Source: Eledone cirrhosa (Eukaryota). From it: a stretch of 64,000 nt of DNA. The position numbers and the translations under genes are program-made. Position 1 is the first letter of the stretch; every line of letters starts with the position of its first letter. The stretch covers positions 387,190,001-387,254,000 of the forward strand of contig OZ024741.1 in assembly GCA_964016885.1 (NCBI GenBank), written 5' to 3'. Of the stretch, positions 16,170 to 30,448 are shown in pieces. The notes beneath the pieces are model-generated. The model did not search any database. It worked only from the letters and a program-made list of their open reading frames with translations, and was not told where the DNA came from.

Positions 16170-19100
16170 CACCATTCTATATCATATTTTTTCTCTAAAA
16201 TCATATTTTCTCTATCGCATTTTCTCTATCGTATTTTCTTAAACAAAACAAATCTTGTATTTTCGTTTATTGTTAAATTATGCCCAAAATACGGGGATCT
16301 TATCTTAAACCTTACATTCTCGCTAACTACCCAACATCCCTCCCTCCAACCCCCACGCACCACCATTATTACGTGGACCAATCATAAGTCAGAGGCCCAT
16401 ACTATCGCTTAACTGGTTGCTTTTCGATATGACGGATGGACTACGGAATTCTGGAGAGTTGAAGAGAGAAAAATCTGGACGCTCAGCGACAATGCCAAAG
16501 ATAAAGACAAATTCACCTCGTGGACGAGAATGCAAACAATTCTCCTTGTTCCGGCCGAGGATGGCTAACATAACACCATTCCCCCCCCTCCTCCTCCCCA
16601 CCGCGCCCACCCTCCAAACGCAATCCAAAACTTCAGAGTTGGTACCATGAATGTAGGCACCTTAAAGGGCCGCTCTAACGAGGTTGTAGAAATGCTTGAA
16701 CGTAAGGAGGTCGATGTTTGTTGTATTCAAGAGACCAGGTGGAGGGGAGGGTCTGCTAGATTCATTGTGGGTAAAGAACGATGCTATAAGCTTTTCTGGG
16801 TGGGAAATGACAATGGGCTGGGTGGAGTAGGAATCATGGTAGCAGAAAAGTGGGCAGATAAGATAATAGACGTAAATAGAGTGAACGACAGAATAATTAA
16901 AATAAGACTTGTCCTCAATAAAACTACGGTGACAGTAATATCTGCGTACGCACCCCAATCCGGACTGCCCGGCGCTATAAAAGACAGATTCTATGAGACA
17001 CTGATGCTCGCTACCTCCCAAATAACCGACAGTGACTATATAATTATTGCAGGCGACCTAAATGGTCACGTTGGACAACATTGTGATGGCTATGACGGAA
17101 TCATGGAGGCTATGGGTTCGATACTAGAAATGAGGAAGGCTCCAGAATCCTGGAATTCTGTGACGCAAATAACCTAACTATCTGTAACACTAACTTCAAA
17201 AAACGAGACAATCACTTGATCACCTATAGATCGGGGGAACACACAAGCCAGGTAGATTATATCCTTACCAGAAGACGTGACAGAGTGTCTGTTGTTAACA
17301 CTAAATCCCTCCCCCATGAAGAATGCACCTCCCAACATAGACTGATAATTAGCGACCTCATAGTCAGGACGAGACGTACTAGACAGCAGAAGAGGACTAT
17401 CCTCAGGAGAAAAATATGGAAGCTAAAGGACCCCATAGCCAGAAATAAATTTCAAAGCATATTACTTGATGCTTTCGACAGTAAGGAAGAGCAATTAGAG
17501 TCGTATAATATAGAGGAACAGTGGGGATTCCTGAAAGCAAACCTGCTGACGGCAGCAGACGAAGTCTGTGGCTGGAGCAGGCCTGTAGGTAGGAGGAGAG
17601 TAACATGGTGGTGGAACAGTAAGGTGGAGGAGTCAATTAAGGTCAAAAAGCAGGCTTGGAAAGTATGGCGGGATGGGGGAAGTAGAGAAGACTATCAAGT
17701 GGCCAGGAGGGAAGCTAGGAGACATGTGTACTTCGCAAGAAGGGAAGCAGAGGAAAGAAAGTTCAAGCATGTTCTACAATGTGAGGACCAAAAACGTGAG
17801 GTGTTCACGATTGCTAGGCAATGTGTCAAGGAAAACCGTGATATTGTCGGGGAGAAGTGTGTACTTAATGATGATGGCATACTTGCCATCACTGGCGCTG
17901 ATAAGAAGGTAGCTTGGAAGTGTCACTACGAAAGGCTTCTAAATGAGGAGAACAAATGGGAGAAAGACAGTCTCCCCCACATCGACCCAATAGAGGGACC
18001 AGCAGTGTTAGTCGAAGATAGTATAATAAGTAAGGCAATCAAAGATATGAAGACGGGTAAGGCGGCTGGGCCTTCGGAAATAGTTGCTGAGATGCTGAAG
18101 GCATCTGGAACGGTGGGACACACCATGGTCACCCGGATAGTAAACCAAGTCATACAGAATGGGGTTGTTCCGAAGGACTGGCATAGCAGCATCATCATTA
18201 TCTGTTACAAGGGTAAAGGAGATGCCCTAGATAGGTGTAACTATAGAGGCATTAAATTAATCGACCAGGTCATGAAGGTCACGGAAAAAGTAATAGCGCA
18301 ACTAATCAGAGAGAGAATTGATCTAGATGAAATGCAGTTCGGGTTTGTGTCAGGCAAAAGTACCACAGACGCTCTTTTCATTGTACAACTACAGGAGAAG
18401 TACCTAGCTAAAAGTAAACCCCATATACTTAGCTTTTGTTGACTTGGAGAAAGCCTTCGACAGAGTCCCCCGTTCCATTATCTGGTGGGCTCTTATAAAA
18501 CTAGGTGTTGACGAATGGCTTGTGAGAGCTATACAAGCCATGTATAAAGAAACAGTCAGCAAGGTTAGAATTAACAACGAATATAGTGAAGAGTTTAGCG
18601 TAAAAGTTGGTGTTCATCAGGGCTCTGTTCTTAGCCCCCTACTATTTATTATTGCCCTTAAGGCTATAACAGAGGAGTTCAAGACCGGCTGCCCATGGGA
18701 ACTCCTATACGCAAATGATCTAATGCTCATAGCTGAATCAATGACCAAACTAGAGAAGAAATTCCAAACATGGAAGCACGGCCTAGAATCAAAAGGCCTT
18801 AAAATTAACCTGGCTAAGACTAAAGTTCTAGTTTGTAGGAAAGAAAATAAGGCGGCGGTCCCTTCCGGGAAATGGCCATGCTCAGTGTGTACGAAGGCGT
18901 AGGTAGAAACTCCATTTTATGTCCCAAATGCAAAGTATGGGTGCATAAAAGATGTAGTGGGATCACAGGTAAGCTAACTAAGAACATAGATTTTACATGT
19001 GGCCGGTGCTCTGGTGCAATAAGTAGCAGCAAGTGCCCACAAAATACTAGCTCTTTCAATTGCGCAGAGGGTTCTATAGAAATAGTGGACAGCTTCCGTT

Positions 19101-20165
19101 ACCTGGGTGACAAAATCAGCAGTGGGGGAGGGTGCTCTGAAAGTACAGTAGCTAGAGTCAGAACTGGATGGAAAAAGTTCAGAGAGCTTATACCACTATT
19201 AGCCGGTAAAGGGTTCTCCCTAAAAATGAAAGGCAGGTTATACGATGCCTGCATACGACAGCAATGCTGCATGGCAGTGAGACCTGGGCATTGTGTGCAG
19301 AGGATATACGCAGACTAGAGAGGAACAAAGCTTGCATGCTCCGCTGGATGTGCAATAGTAATATATGTGAACGGCAAAGCATAAACGAACTAAGGAAAAA
19401 ATTAGAAATAAGAGGGATCAGATGTTGTTTACTCGAGAGAAGGCTACGTTGGTATGGTCACGTGATGCGCATGAAAGACGACAGCTGTATAACAAAGTGC
19501 AGGGCAATAAAGATAGACGGTAGCCACGGAGTAGGCAGACCCAGAAAAACCTGGGACGACATGATAAATTCCGACCTCACACGCTTACACCTCTCCAAGA
19601 CAATGTCACTGGACCGAGACCTTTGGCGGTACTCAGTAATAGAGAAGACCCGCCTTACCTAAATACAAAGTAAAACCTACTACAGTCAGTAGGCATCTCT
19701 ATCAAAACACACCCCCGTCCCACCACCCCCACCCCATCCACACCATCCCTTTCAATGTAAAGTTATGTTGGTGCCACAACATCCAGGCCGAAACAAATGA
19801 GATCGTGTAGGTGTCATGACAAAAAAACACACAGTCCACGCTGTAAATGTGGCCGTGTAGGCAAAACGGTAAAAACCTCCCAGCCCCACACTGTAAATGT
19901 GGTTGGTGTTAGGAAGGGCATCCAGCTGTAGAAAACCCGCCAGACAGTCCACGCTGTAATGTGGCCATGTAGGCAACACGGTAAAAACCTCCCAACCCCA
20001 CACTGTAAATGTGGTTGGTGTTAGGAAGGGCATCCAGCTGTAGAAAACCTGCCAGACAGTCCTATGCGAGCAAGACAACCACTCTTGCCTCAAGTGGGAA
20101 AACCCCCGTCCAAACCCATGCAAGCGTGGAACAGGGACGCTAAACCTTGATGATGATGATGATGA
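16170..20165 (+). mobile_element. Near full-length RTE LINE subfamily A (APE endonuclease plus RT), frameshifted
   Basis: APE motifs MNVGTL, CIQETRW, SAYAPQ, AGDLNGHVG, QVDYIL, SQHRL; RT has YAND in place of YADD; 3' UTR with internal duplication and (GAT)n. 5' boundary approximate. Confidence 0.9.
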
Positions 20166-20179
20166 TATATATATGTATA

Positions 20180-20495
20180 AGCTGAAGCATATAGACAATA
20201 TGCCCCCACATCCCCCACCGCAACGTGGTCGTGGAGGTGCCACGGCAAAAAAGCACCCAGCCCACACTGTAAAGTGGACGTGTAGGCGCCACAAAAAAGC
20301 ACCCAGCACTCACTGTAAATGAGGTTGGTGTTAGGAAGGGCATCCAGCTGTAGAAATCAAGCCAAATCAGTTCCTGTATGAGCAAGGCATGGTCAGCCGA
20401 CCAGATACTGCCCACAACAGGACAACCCGTCTAACCCATGCTAGCGTGGAAGAACGGACGTAAAACGGTGATGATGATGATGATGATGATGATGA
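20180..20495 (+). mobile_element. RTE subfamily B, 3' UTR-only copy
   Basis: Near-identical to 15750-16047; (GAT)n tail. Confidence 0.85.
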
Positions 20496-21076
20496 TATAT
20501 ATACCTTTAAAAATAACACACATTTAAACCTACACTTACAGTCATCATCATCATCATCATCATCATCATCGTTTAACATCTATCTTCCACGCTAGCATGG
20601 GTTTACTCACATATATAATTGTTTCTACTTTTGTCACAAGGCCAGCAATTACCCCAGTGCATTACTGGTACTTTATTTTATCGACCCCGTAAGGATGAAA
20701 GGCAAAGTTAACCTCGGCGGAATTTAAACTCGGAATGGCAAGGGTCGTAACTCTATGCGTCAAAGCATGGCGTCCGACCCTCTACCAGTACTGCCAATCC
20801 ACCTCCATTTTGCGTTCCTACTTGTTACCAAGACTACCTAACGGTTTTCTTGTTTTCCCTCTTCATTTTCGTTTTTTTGTATCTTTACTTGACCTTTTTT
20901 CTGTTTCTCCATTGTGATCCTGTCTCTGTACTCCTGAAGAAGGACTTAAGCCCAACACATCAAACTTTCTTTCCTCTTTCCAATATAAAGAATATAAAGT
21001 GTGAAACTAATAAGACTTTTTGTACCTCTGTTGTCTCCTTGAACTATATATATATAATATATATATATAGTTCAAG

Positions 21077-21410
21077 CACATGGCTTAGTGGTTAGAGCAT
21101 TGGCCTTGCAATCGAAAGGTTGTGAGTTCAATTCTCAGACCGGGTGATGTCTTGTTTCCTTGAGCAAGACACTTTATTTCACATTGTTCCAGTTTACTCA
21201 GCTGTAGAAATGAGATGATAGGACTGGGGTCCATATCATTCCACTGTTAAGTAGACGTGTAAGCTCCACAGAAAAAAAGCACCCAGCACTCACTGTAAAT
21301 GAGGTTGGTGTTAGGAAGGGCATCCAGCTGTAGAAATCAAGCCAGAATCAGTTGCCGTCCCACCCTTGCAAGCAGGGAAAAGCGGACGTAAAATGATGAT
21401 GATGATGATA
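21077..21410 (+). mobile_element. tRNA-derived SINE with RTE-type 3' tail
   Basis: Box A tggcttagtgg, box B gagttcaattc, central ccttgagcaagacactt, tail tggtgttaggaagggcatccagctgtagaaa..(GAT)n shared with the RTEs. Confidence 0.8.
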
Positions 21411-22084
21411 TATATATAACATTGTGAAACAACAAAAACAAAAAAGTGAAGGTTAGTCTTGTGCACCCAATCACAAAATCCTATGCATTATGGTTCTCTT
21501 TTTGAGGCAATTTTACAACTGGATACCTTCCTGTCATTAACCCTTTTAATTGCGTTTTATAATGCATAGTATCTATTCTAAATCTGGGATACACACAGTT
21601 TTATGTATGTATGGTCCCATTTGAAGGAATCGTAGGGGCACTATATTGACATACAGTGTTTCTAGGGCCTTTTTTAAAACTGGCGGAACCCATCTCCTCT
21701 CCAGTTCTAAATACAGCCGATTTCTTCCAGAGAAGGATGAGAAAGTGAGAGAATGGAAGTGAGAAAGAGATATAGAGGAAGAATTGACCCAGTACTAAAC
21801 TAGTACTTATTTTATCAACCTTGACTGGATAAAGGTCAAAGTTGACTTTGGCAGGATTTGAACTCAGAGAGCCAAAATGAATACCACAAAGCATTCTATC
21901 TGACATTCTAACGACTCTGCCAATTCACTGCCATAATGTATGTAGGGCTTACATAATAAACTGTGTCCTATATGATTTTGTAGCTATTTCTAGCAGGTCA
22001 AGTGTCAACAAAGAACCCGCTTTGTACAGTATTATATGAAATGGTAAGATAATTACAAAAGTTTTTTGTTAGATATATACTCAC

Positions 22085-22369
22085 TTCTGATACAAGCTGT
22101 TGAAGTTCTGGTAGGCAGAAAGTCTTCAAGACATATACATACATAACCTTCACATGCTAAAGGCCTACATTCAGCATAATCTGGACATTCTACATGTGTA
22201 CTACAGTTTCCATACAATGGAGTTAAAAAATTGGTATTTGGATTGTTTTTCTCGTTAGGAGACGCCGGTACTGGTAGACTTCTGGAAACTGAATTACTTT
22301 CTCGTGTTGAAGGTGAAACTGTTGGTACCAACCCAGGAATCACTGGTAATGGAACTTGATTACATTCAC
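22085..22369 (-). CDS. Host gene exon 5, type-A module with P/S/T-rich linker
   Basis: tatacag| ... |gtgagt, 285 nt, phase 1-1; ECNQVPLPVIPG...CSTHVECPDYAECRPLACEGYVCICLEDFLPTRTSTACIR. Confidence 0.85.
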
Positions 22370-22744
22370 CTGTATAATAATAAAACACACAAAATTATGT
22401 ACAGATACAACAACGATGGTCCAGCAACTGATGGTCCAGCACTGTTTTTATTTATTTATCGATTCAAACGTCTGTATAGAGCTAGTAAGCCATGTCAGAC
22501 TAAGGGAAGTAACTAGTTCTTCTTACAGTTGAGAAACAAAAAACAAGATATAGAGATAAGTGAATATAAAAATAAAAATTAAAAAAATAAATAATAGTAA
22601 TTTTTTATATAACATGTAAATTGTAACTGACACCTTGTCAACCACACATGCACACTCTTTCTTCTTCCCTTTTAAATTAAACTAACTACATCAATTCAAT
22701 TACACTAAGTTTGTAGCTAGCCAGAATATATATATATATATATA

Positions 22745-23075
22745 CAGAAGACCCGACTTACCATGGGTACAAGCCAAAGCTGAAGCATATAGACAGTATG
22801 CCCCCACTGTAAAGTGGTTGTGTAGGTGTCACGACAAAAAAAGCACCCAGACCACACTGTAAAAGTGGTCGTGTAGGCACCATGGTAAAAACAAAAAGCA
22901 CCCAGTACTCACTGTAAATGAGGTTGATGTTAGGAGGGCATCCAGCTGTAGAAATCAAGCCAAAATCAGTTCTGTATGAGCAAGACATGGTTACCTGACC
23001 TGGCATTGCCTACAATAGGACAACCCATCTAACCCATGCTAGCGTGGAAGAATGGACATAAAACCGTGATGAAGA
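22745..23075 (+). mobile_element. RTE 3' UTR fragment
   Basis: cagaagacccg.. UTR repeat units, aacccatgctagcgtggaag terminal motif. Confidence 0.7.
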
Positions 23076-24222
23076 TAAATGGTATATCTCAGCTGCATAC
23101 ACTGGACAAAGTGGAGAAAGCATTGCCACAAAGAACAGTCAGCAACACTTCCTGCATCAGCTATTCCACTTCATGGGACTCGTTCCTTATGTAAAATACA
23201 CTCCAACTAATTTTGTGGGGGAAAATAGCAGTCCTAGGAACAAGGACATCAGTGACTACTATGAAAATGAAGTGGTCATTCAAGTCCCGGTATTTGGATA
23301 CCTTCCACTCTCTTCTGCATTATGGGTGGAAGTGCCCAGATTTGTGATTGTTGGTTGAGTGCACAGAAGTCTCTTATCACTACCACCAGTTGATATGTTC
23401 AACTGATGAGATGCTGGCTTTTGTGGGCTGAGTGTCCAGAGCTCTCTTGGCACTACCACCAGTAGAAATACAGTGAATTAGTGACTGGAAGCGGCCAGTT
23501 TCATCAGGTTTGAACAGAAAGGGGTGAGACATTTCTGGCCAGATACGGCCGGTTTAAATACTAAAGGGTTAACCAACAGTGCTGTTGTTTATAAATTAAT
23601 GGCTCAGGGACATTTTTCAGCCACACCCCAGTAATTGTTTCTGCTGGCAAGCTTAACTTAGTGAGGTTTAACTTGGAGAAGAGATGAGTACTGTCATGTA
23701 TGTCTAAGGCCCATTGAAATGCCATGATGTAGACACAATAAAACATATAGAGTGGCACCTCAACAACTGCACCAGTTATAAGGATACTATGTGGTTAACA
23801 TGTCTCAAGTAGGAATCACTGGACAGATTTTATGAACAAAACCAACTGACAGGAGACCCAGGGGTAGACTCCGAGCAAGATAGTTGGATAATATCCATGA
23901 GCTTGTCTGGTCTTGCATAGGGATCGATCTAGATCAATTAGAGATGGTTTCTTCTGACAGGACCTGCTGGAAGGGGTGTTTGAGGACACCCCACCCACCA
24001 AAATAAGTAGGTGAATAAGATATTAATCATACTGACACACTTAAACAGTGGACTCTGTAAAAGAGAATCATAGATAAAGATGTCTTCCATATGTTTTCTT
24101 ATTAGTGGAGTATAAAATTATCAAGGAAAATATTCAGCTATGGTCTTTGCATGCTATTAGATAGATAACAGAATATTAGATAACAATATGTCTGTAAACA
24201 AGACAGAATGTTGTTTACATGT

Positions 24223-24357
24223 TTGATGATGATGATAACAATGGTGATGATGATGATGATGATGATGATAACAATGGTGATGATGACAATGATGAAGATG
24301 GTGATGACAATGATGATGATGACAATGATGAAGATGGTGATGAGAATGATGATGATT

Positions 24358-24430
<73 letters not shown>

Positions 24431-24665
24431 CGATGAAGATAACGATAACAATGATGATGATGGTGATGATGATGATAATAGTGATGATGATGATGATAAC
24501 AATGATGATGATTACGATGATGATGATGATGATGGTGGTGGTGACGACAATGATGATGATGGTGATGACGATGATGATGATGGTGATGATGGTGGTGGTG
24601 ATGATGATGATGATGACGACGACGACGATGACGATGATGATGATGATGATGGTGATGATGACAAT
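24223..24665. repeat. (GAT)n-rich trinucleotide tract
   Basis: Directly visible. Confidence 0.95.
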
Positions 24666-25691
24666 GTGGTTTTCCTTGTTTAAATTAAATTGGTAGTGTG
24701 GAGAGGGAAGACCTGTTACATGAGCAAATACTTGTCTTATATAAAAAAAAAACATATTCCTATAAGCTATTTTATACCATCTTTGCACATTAGCACATCA
24801 TTTTTTATATTAACTTTATCTTCTCAGCACTTTGTAAAACTCCAAGAAATCAGCGATGTATATTCAATGTTTGTCTACTACAATGTTTGTTGATATCTGA
24901 AAGCTTTAATTCAGCTATCTAATTTAAGATGCTATGACTTGTCATGTTCCCTTGTATAGCTGCTATCTGGGAGATATGGGGTTTGATTCCTCATAGCAGT
25001 CTAAGGCAACTTCTTTTTCCATCTTTAAAGATCTTCACCCTATTTTATAGCATGAGCACATCATTCTTTATATTAACAAACCCATTGTGATTTATTGACT
25101 GTTAACTAAGTATAATTCATACATATCATTCAGAGGTTAAATACAGAAGTCCTAAGTAGTGACTAGTATAGATAAACCTCTTCTTGTCCTATGTAAAATG
25201 TCACCAAATTAAAGTCTAGTGTACTTAACAGCAGATTGGAGTAAAGGACATAATCAAGACCATCAAGAAGGGCAAACATAGATGGGCTGGCTACATCTTT
25301 CCTCTTAACAGGTGGACTATTAGAGTGACAGAGTAGACTCCAAGGCAAGGGAGAAGAACTAGAGGGTGGCCAAAGGCTAGATAGCATGACAATCTGACCT
25401 GACACCTCAGTCCCAATATGGCCAGAGAGAGAGGAAGCAGTGGAGGCCAACCAGGGAGGGGTTCCTCCAACAAGAGAGAGAAGTCCCTGGATTTGAGATT
25501 TTGGATACTTAACCCACCTCTGGGTCTATAAAATATGTGACTTTCATTCTCAAGGGCACAGTAAATTTCGAGAGTTATTTTAGGAGAAAATAGTATCCTT
25601 GACAGTGAGAAACATGGCACATTCAATATCTGATACAGTAAAACAAAAAGATATAATGAAGTAGAAGTTTGATTCAGTATCTCCAACTTAC

Positions 25692-25994
25692 TCAGATTAT
25701 ACTTTTCTGTGATACACTCAAACATATCATAAGGTAAAGCCTGTATTTCAATATCAGTTTTCTTTCTATAGCCAACTCTGCACTGACAAAAACCATTAAT
25801 ACACTGAAGATTTGGGTAGGTGCAACCATTCTCAATGTCACAACTGTGTCCAAGTGCTCTTTCTGCTCTTCCTCTACAAGTCTTGTTCTCTGTGGCTTCC
25901 AGACCCTCACGACAAACACATTGGTGGAACAAACAAACAGAGATTGTTGGAGGGCAATTGTCAGAAAAATCACACTTCTCAAGGATGTTGGAAG
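25692..25994 (-). CDS. Host gene exon 4, type-B (two 6-Cys EB-like modules)
   Basis: tttacacag| ... |gtaagt, 303 nt, phase 1-1; ASNILEKCDFSDNCPPTISVCLFHQCVC...CDIENGCTYPNLQCINGFCQC...ECITEKYNL. Confidence 0.88.
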   Translation of the reverse strand, partial: LPTSLRSVIFLTIALQQSLFVCSTNVFVVRVWKPQRTRLVEEEQKEHLDTVVTLRMVAPTQIFSVLMVFVSAELAIERKLILKYRLYLMICLSVSQKSII

Positions 25995-27626
25995 CTGTGT
26001 AAAGAGAATTAAATTGTATAAGAGAGAGATAGAAAGGGGGGATGAGAGAAAGCAGATAAAGAGAGAGAGGGAGAGAGAAAGAGAGGAAGGGAGAAAGCAG
26101 AGAGAGAGAGAGAGTCAGGCAGGCAGACAAACAGAGTATACATCATCAACATAGATGTACAGGTAACATAAATATGATAGACTGATATGATAATCTTTTG
26201 AGTAAGGAAAGACAGGTAACATTTTCTGAACATAACATTTTCTGTGATTATTGCTTTATATATATTTCTGGTGGATGATCAATAACCTATTGAATTATTT
26301 GCACCACAATGAAGATTTCATCTAGAACCAAGCTAGCCTTACATATCCCATTTCTTTCCAAGCAATTTTGATGAGGACAAATTTATCAAAACCTAAAGAA
26401 CTGCTTTGGTCACAAATAACCATGAGCTTTGCACCTAAAAAAATTCCCTTCTGTGGCACAAGTCTGGACAAGGTTTATTGTGGAAGACCAGCAGTCACCC
26501 ATGCATACTAGTCTTCCCTCTCCACACCACTGATGTTGTCCAAAGGAAATTCCAAGGTTGATACAACTTGGCACCAGTGACGTTGCAACTCATTTCTACG
26601 GCTGAGTGAACTAGAGTTAAGTAAAATGAAGGACACAACACACCACCCAGTCTGGGAATCAAACTCACAACCTGACGATTGTAAGCCCAATGCTGTAAAC
26701 ACTAAGCCATATCAAAACCTATAGGCAGTGTATTTCAATAAAAATATGATCATGCATGGATTAATAACTCATCTTACTAACATTCTGAACTTAGGAATAC
26801 ATTTTTGTTAAATTAAATTTGATTATAATGTGAACCTAACGGAGATTTACTTTGTTACCATTTAGTGATGATTCTTACTAATAGAGCATAACTATATCAA
26901 TAATTCATGAAGAATGTATAGTAACTGAAACAAAAACTCAGATTATATGACAAACATACATGTTGATACATACATTGACTCATGAAGAATGTATAATCAT
27001 CATCATCATCATTTTAATGTCCACTTTCCCTGCTAGCAAGAGTTGGATGGGTATAAATAGACCAAGTCAGTACTGAAGCAAGGCTACTGACCTCCCAGAC
27101 AGGCCGGAGTTCTGCATCTTACTTATGTATAGTCTCACATTCTACGGAGTTCACATGAAAGGTCATCATGTCCTCAACACAAAGATAATAGGACACACAT
27201 GCATGGTGCTAATATCTATATCGTTGTTTCGTATAGAATGTATAGTAGTTGAAAAAAAATAATATAACAGGGTAGGTGACAAAGTATATGTATATTGAAT
27301 TACAGGTACAACTAATTATTGCCAGCTGAGTAGAGAGGAGCAACATGAACTGAAGGGTCTTGTTCAAAGATACAATGTGCCACTAGGAACTGAAATCACA
27401 ACGTTACAATCATGAGGCAAACATACTACTCACTAAGCCTCACATATTCACAGAGTGGAAGTAAATGCCCACATTAGTGTATTTCCCTCCTGAAGTCATT
27501 CTCTTACCAAAGAATCTCTGATTCTGACTCTTTGGTTGCAATTATCAATTATGATAGTTAAAATAAAGTAGGCCAGTGTTATACAACATGGCCCAGGTGT
27601 GCTAATAATATAAGATGGGGGATTAC

Positions 27627-27767
27627 CTGGAACACATCTTGTCCTATCAAAAGAATGTCTAAAACCAGAGTTACATATGCAAATGTAACCATCACATGAT
27701 CTAGCCATGCAAGTAGAATGAAGGGGACATTCGGAATTGAGACGGCAACGGTTGAATATTAAGGGAA
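27627..27767 (-). CDS. Host gene exon 3, type-A Cys-rich EGF/EB-like module
   Basis: ttcttttcag| ... |gtaatc, 141 nt, phase 1-1; VPLIFNRCRLNSECPLHSTCMARSCDGYICICNSGFRHSFDRTRCVP (7 Cys). Confidence 0.85.
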
Positions 27768-29366
27768 CTGAAAAGAAAATAACCAAAAATCATCTTATAT
27801 ATAAGATACATATATTAAAAAAGTAAAAAGTAAATGACAAAAAAAAAACTATTGAAATTTATGTAAAATAATTTTTGAGGAAGAGAAACAATAAAATTCT
27901 GAGAATGATGAGAATAGAGTGGGTGATGTTGTGAAGAATGATTGGGTCTTCTGTTGAGGTAGGCTGATAGTGACTGGCTGAGAGGACTGATAGAAATGAA
28001 TGTAGAAAGAAATAAGGAAGTAGAAAACCAAGGAAGACATGGTTAAAGACATTGAAGGAGGAAATGAAAGCCAATTTGTTGGTGAGGCAGGTGCAGAAGA
28101 TAGAGGAGCAAAATGGAGTAGCTTGTCATGCCCCACCCACTCACAAGGGTATCCTCTGCTTTAGCCAGGGTGGGGGTGACCTTAAAACACTTGTGTTATT
28201 GGGTTGTTGTATACATACATGGAATATATATATATATTATTAAACATGGTAACCTAAAACAGTTTTTCCTTTTAGCCCCATTAGGTTGACAACTGACTCC
28301 TGATGGCAACCCTGGCAAATGCAATGTTTACTTACCATATAATTTTCATAGAAGAATATAGAGTTTTCCATTGCAATCAGGTATCTTTTTGAAAAAATAT
28401 CATCTAAATAGAAGCAAGTTTGCGATAGCTGGGTGAGAACTCAGAACATATTGATCCAAATAAATAAGATTCCAGACCTCATTTGCTTACTGAGTGGGAT
28501 GGAGCTTGTCAGATTGGATCAAGGAAACAATGTTTCCATTGATCTTTCCATTGCTGATACTATCTACCAGTCGCAATTCCTGGAAGAAGGAGCAATGTGA
28601 AATGCACATTGCCCAGCCACTAATCAAACTCACAACCTCACGATTGTAAATCCAATGCTCTAACCACTAAGCCACCCACCTTCTCATAAAGAGCCTGAAT
28701 AGATACTAAAAAGAATTTTATCCCACAACTTTGTCAATCCACTGTCTTGGACTGCTGCTTTATTTTATTGACACTGAAAACTGAAAGACTAAGTTGACCT
28801 TAGCAAGATTTCAATTCCAATGTAAAGAACTGAAACAAATATTACAAGGCATCCCGTCCAATGCTCTAACAATTCTGTCAATCTGCCTGACACGTTTCTT
28901 ATTGACCTCAAAAGGTTGAAAGGCAAAGTGGAGCTCAGCAAAATTTGAACTGAGTTCTTCTTCTTCTTCTTCTTCTTCTTCTTCTTCTTCTTCTTCTTCT
29001 TCTCCTTCTTCTACTACAGACAGGTTTGGTGGTCCCTATTTAGTACATGCCGGAGGTCTGTGGCTGACATGGATTTCACGAAGTAGTCAATAGTCAAAAT
29101 GATTTGTGGCTCCCTACTCTAATGACTCTTCTAATTCACTGCCATTTTGTAATTATTGATTGTCTAGTAACTGTAAATAGTGATCTCTTGTAACAGGACC
29201 AAATGTAGACTTTGGGGGCCCAGGACAGTTCAGATTTAGTTGGCCCCACATATAACAATACACACACGCGCGCATGTGTGTGTGTGTGTTTGTATGTGTG
29301 TGTGTGTGTGTATATATATACCCTTGCAAGCAGGGAAGAGCGGACGTAAAATGATGATGATGATGA

Positions 29367-29422
<56 letters not shown>

Positions 29423-30411
29423 GATGGCTGCCCCATCGTTATCGAGTATGGCCATTGCATGATATACCATTATTAATAATTATTAATTAATTCTATCGTG
29501 CAATGCCTGTGCATGAAGATATATTTTTTAAAGTGAGGAAAGACTGTGCACTGAGCCAATCCCACTCTCTGAGCGACAGTAGCTATAACCTGAAAAGAAG
29601 AAAAGATCAACATCATCGGTAACTACTGAGCCGCAGGTTTTATATCGGATTTTTCCCAGTTACTGAGTTGCCTTCTCCTAGAAGAATGCCCTGACAAAGG
29701 CTAGGGGTCCTTCACTCCCAGTGGTTTAACCACGCGGTACATGTGTATATACATATTTAGTGAGCTGGTCCCAGGGTTACTTACTCCAGTAAGTACCACC
29801 GGATCCCAACTACTAAATTTAATAGAAATATGAGATAAGAGAATTTTCATACAAAATCATGCCATGTGAGAATTATCTCTCACTACAAGAAGTAATGACT
29901 GAAAGCGTAACAAGTTTCTCAAAATGAGTATCAAAAATAACTTGCATTTATTGTAGTCCATGTTACAAACGTGGTAAACAAATATCCTCGTGGCATAACG
30001 TGGTATAATCCTGAACCATGAGATGTGGTTGGAGAAAGGTTAGCATGCTTGCGCTCGAAGTGATCAGTTTGAGAAAAGCCACCAAAAAGAGGAAGATGGA
30101 TTTCAGTTTCCTATTTTATAATCCCTTGAACGGAAGTTAAAAGGAAGGTTCTAGAATTTCAACAGGAAGTAACTCTAGCTACTTCCCTTGTCTAGAGAGC
30201 GCTACACATATTTACACACTTTCGCATGGCCATTGATTCTTATGAGTTCTTCCGCCCTTTGTCAGGTTTTGTTTTTTGTCCTGCAGGGTGTCCAAAATCA
30301 CCCTCCTCACCAAGTAAACTTGGTGGGGTTGCCGGTTTAGTCACCGACGACCCGACCATGCGACAGGTTGTACTGGGTTACATGTTACCAGTAGCACTCA
30401 AGAGTGACCTG

Positions 30412-30448
<37 letters not shown>

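Noticed and set aside
16280-16560. HDV-like ribozyme at the RTE 5' end
   Set aside because: Plausible for the clade, but I could not assemble the nested double pseudoknot by eye; needs a descriptor search.
21077-21145. tRNA gene
   Set aside because: Box A/B head of a multi-copy SINE; I could not fold a full cloverleaf.
24138-24788. Poly-Asp, poly-Met and poly-Ile ORFs
   Set aside because: (GAT)n microsatellite; no splice or start context.
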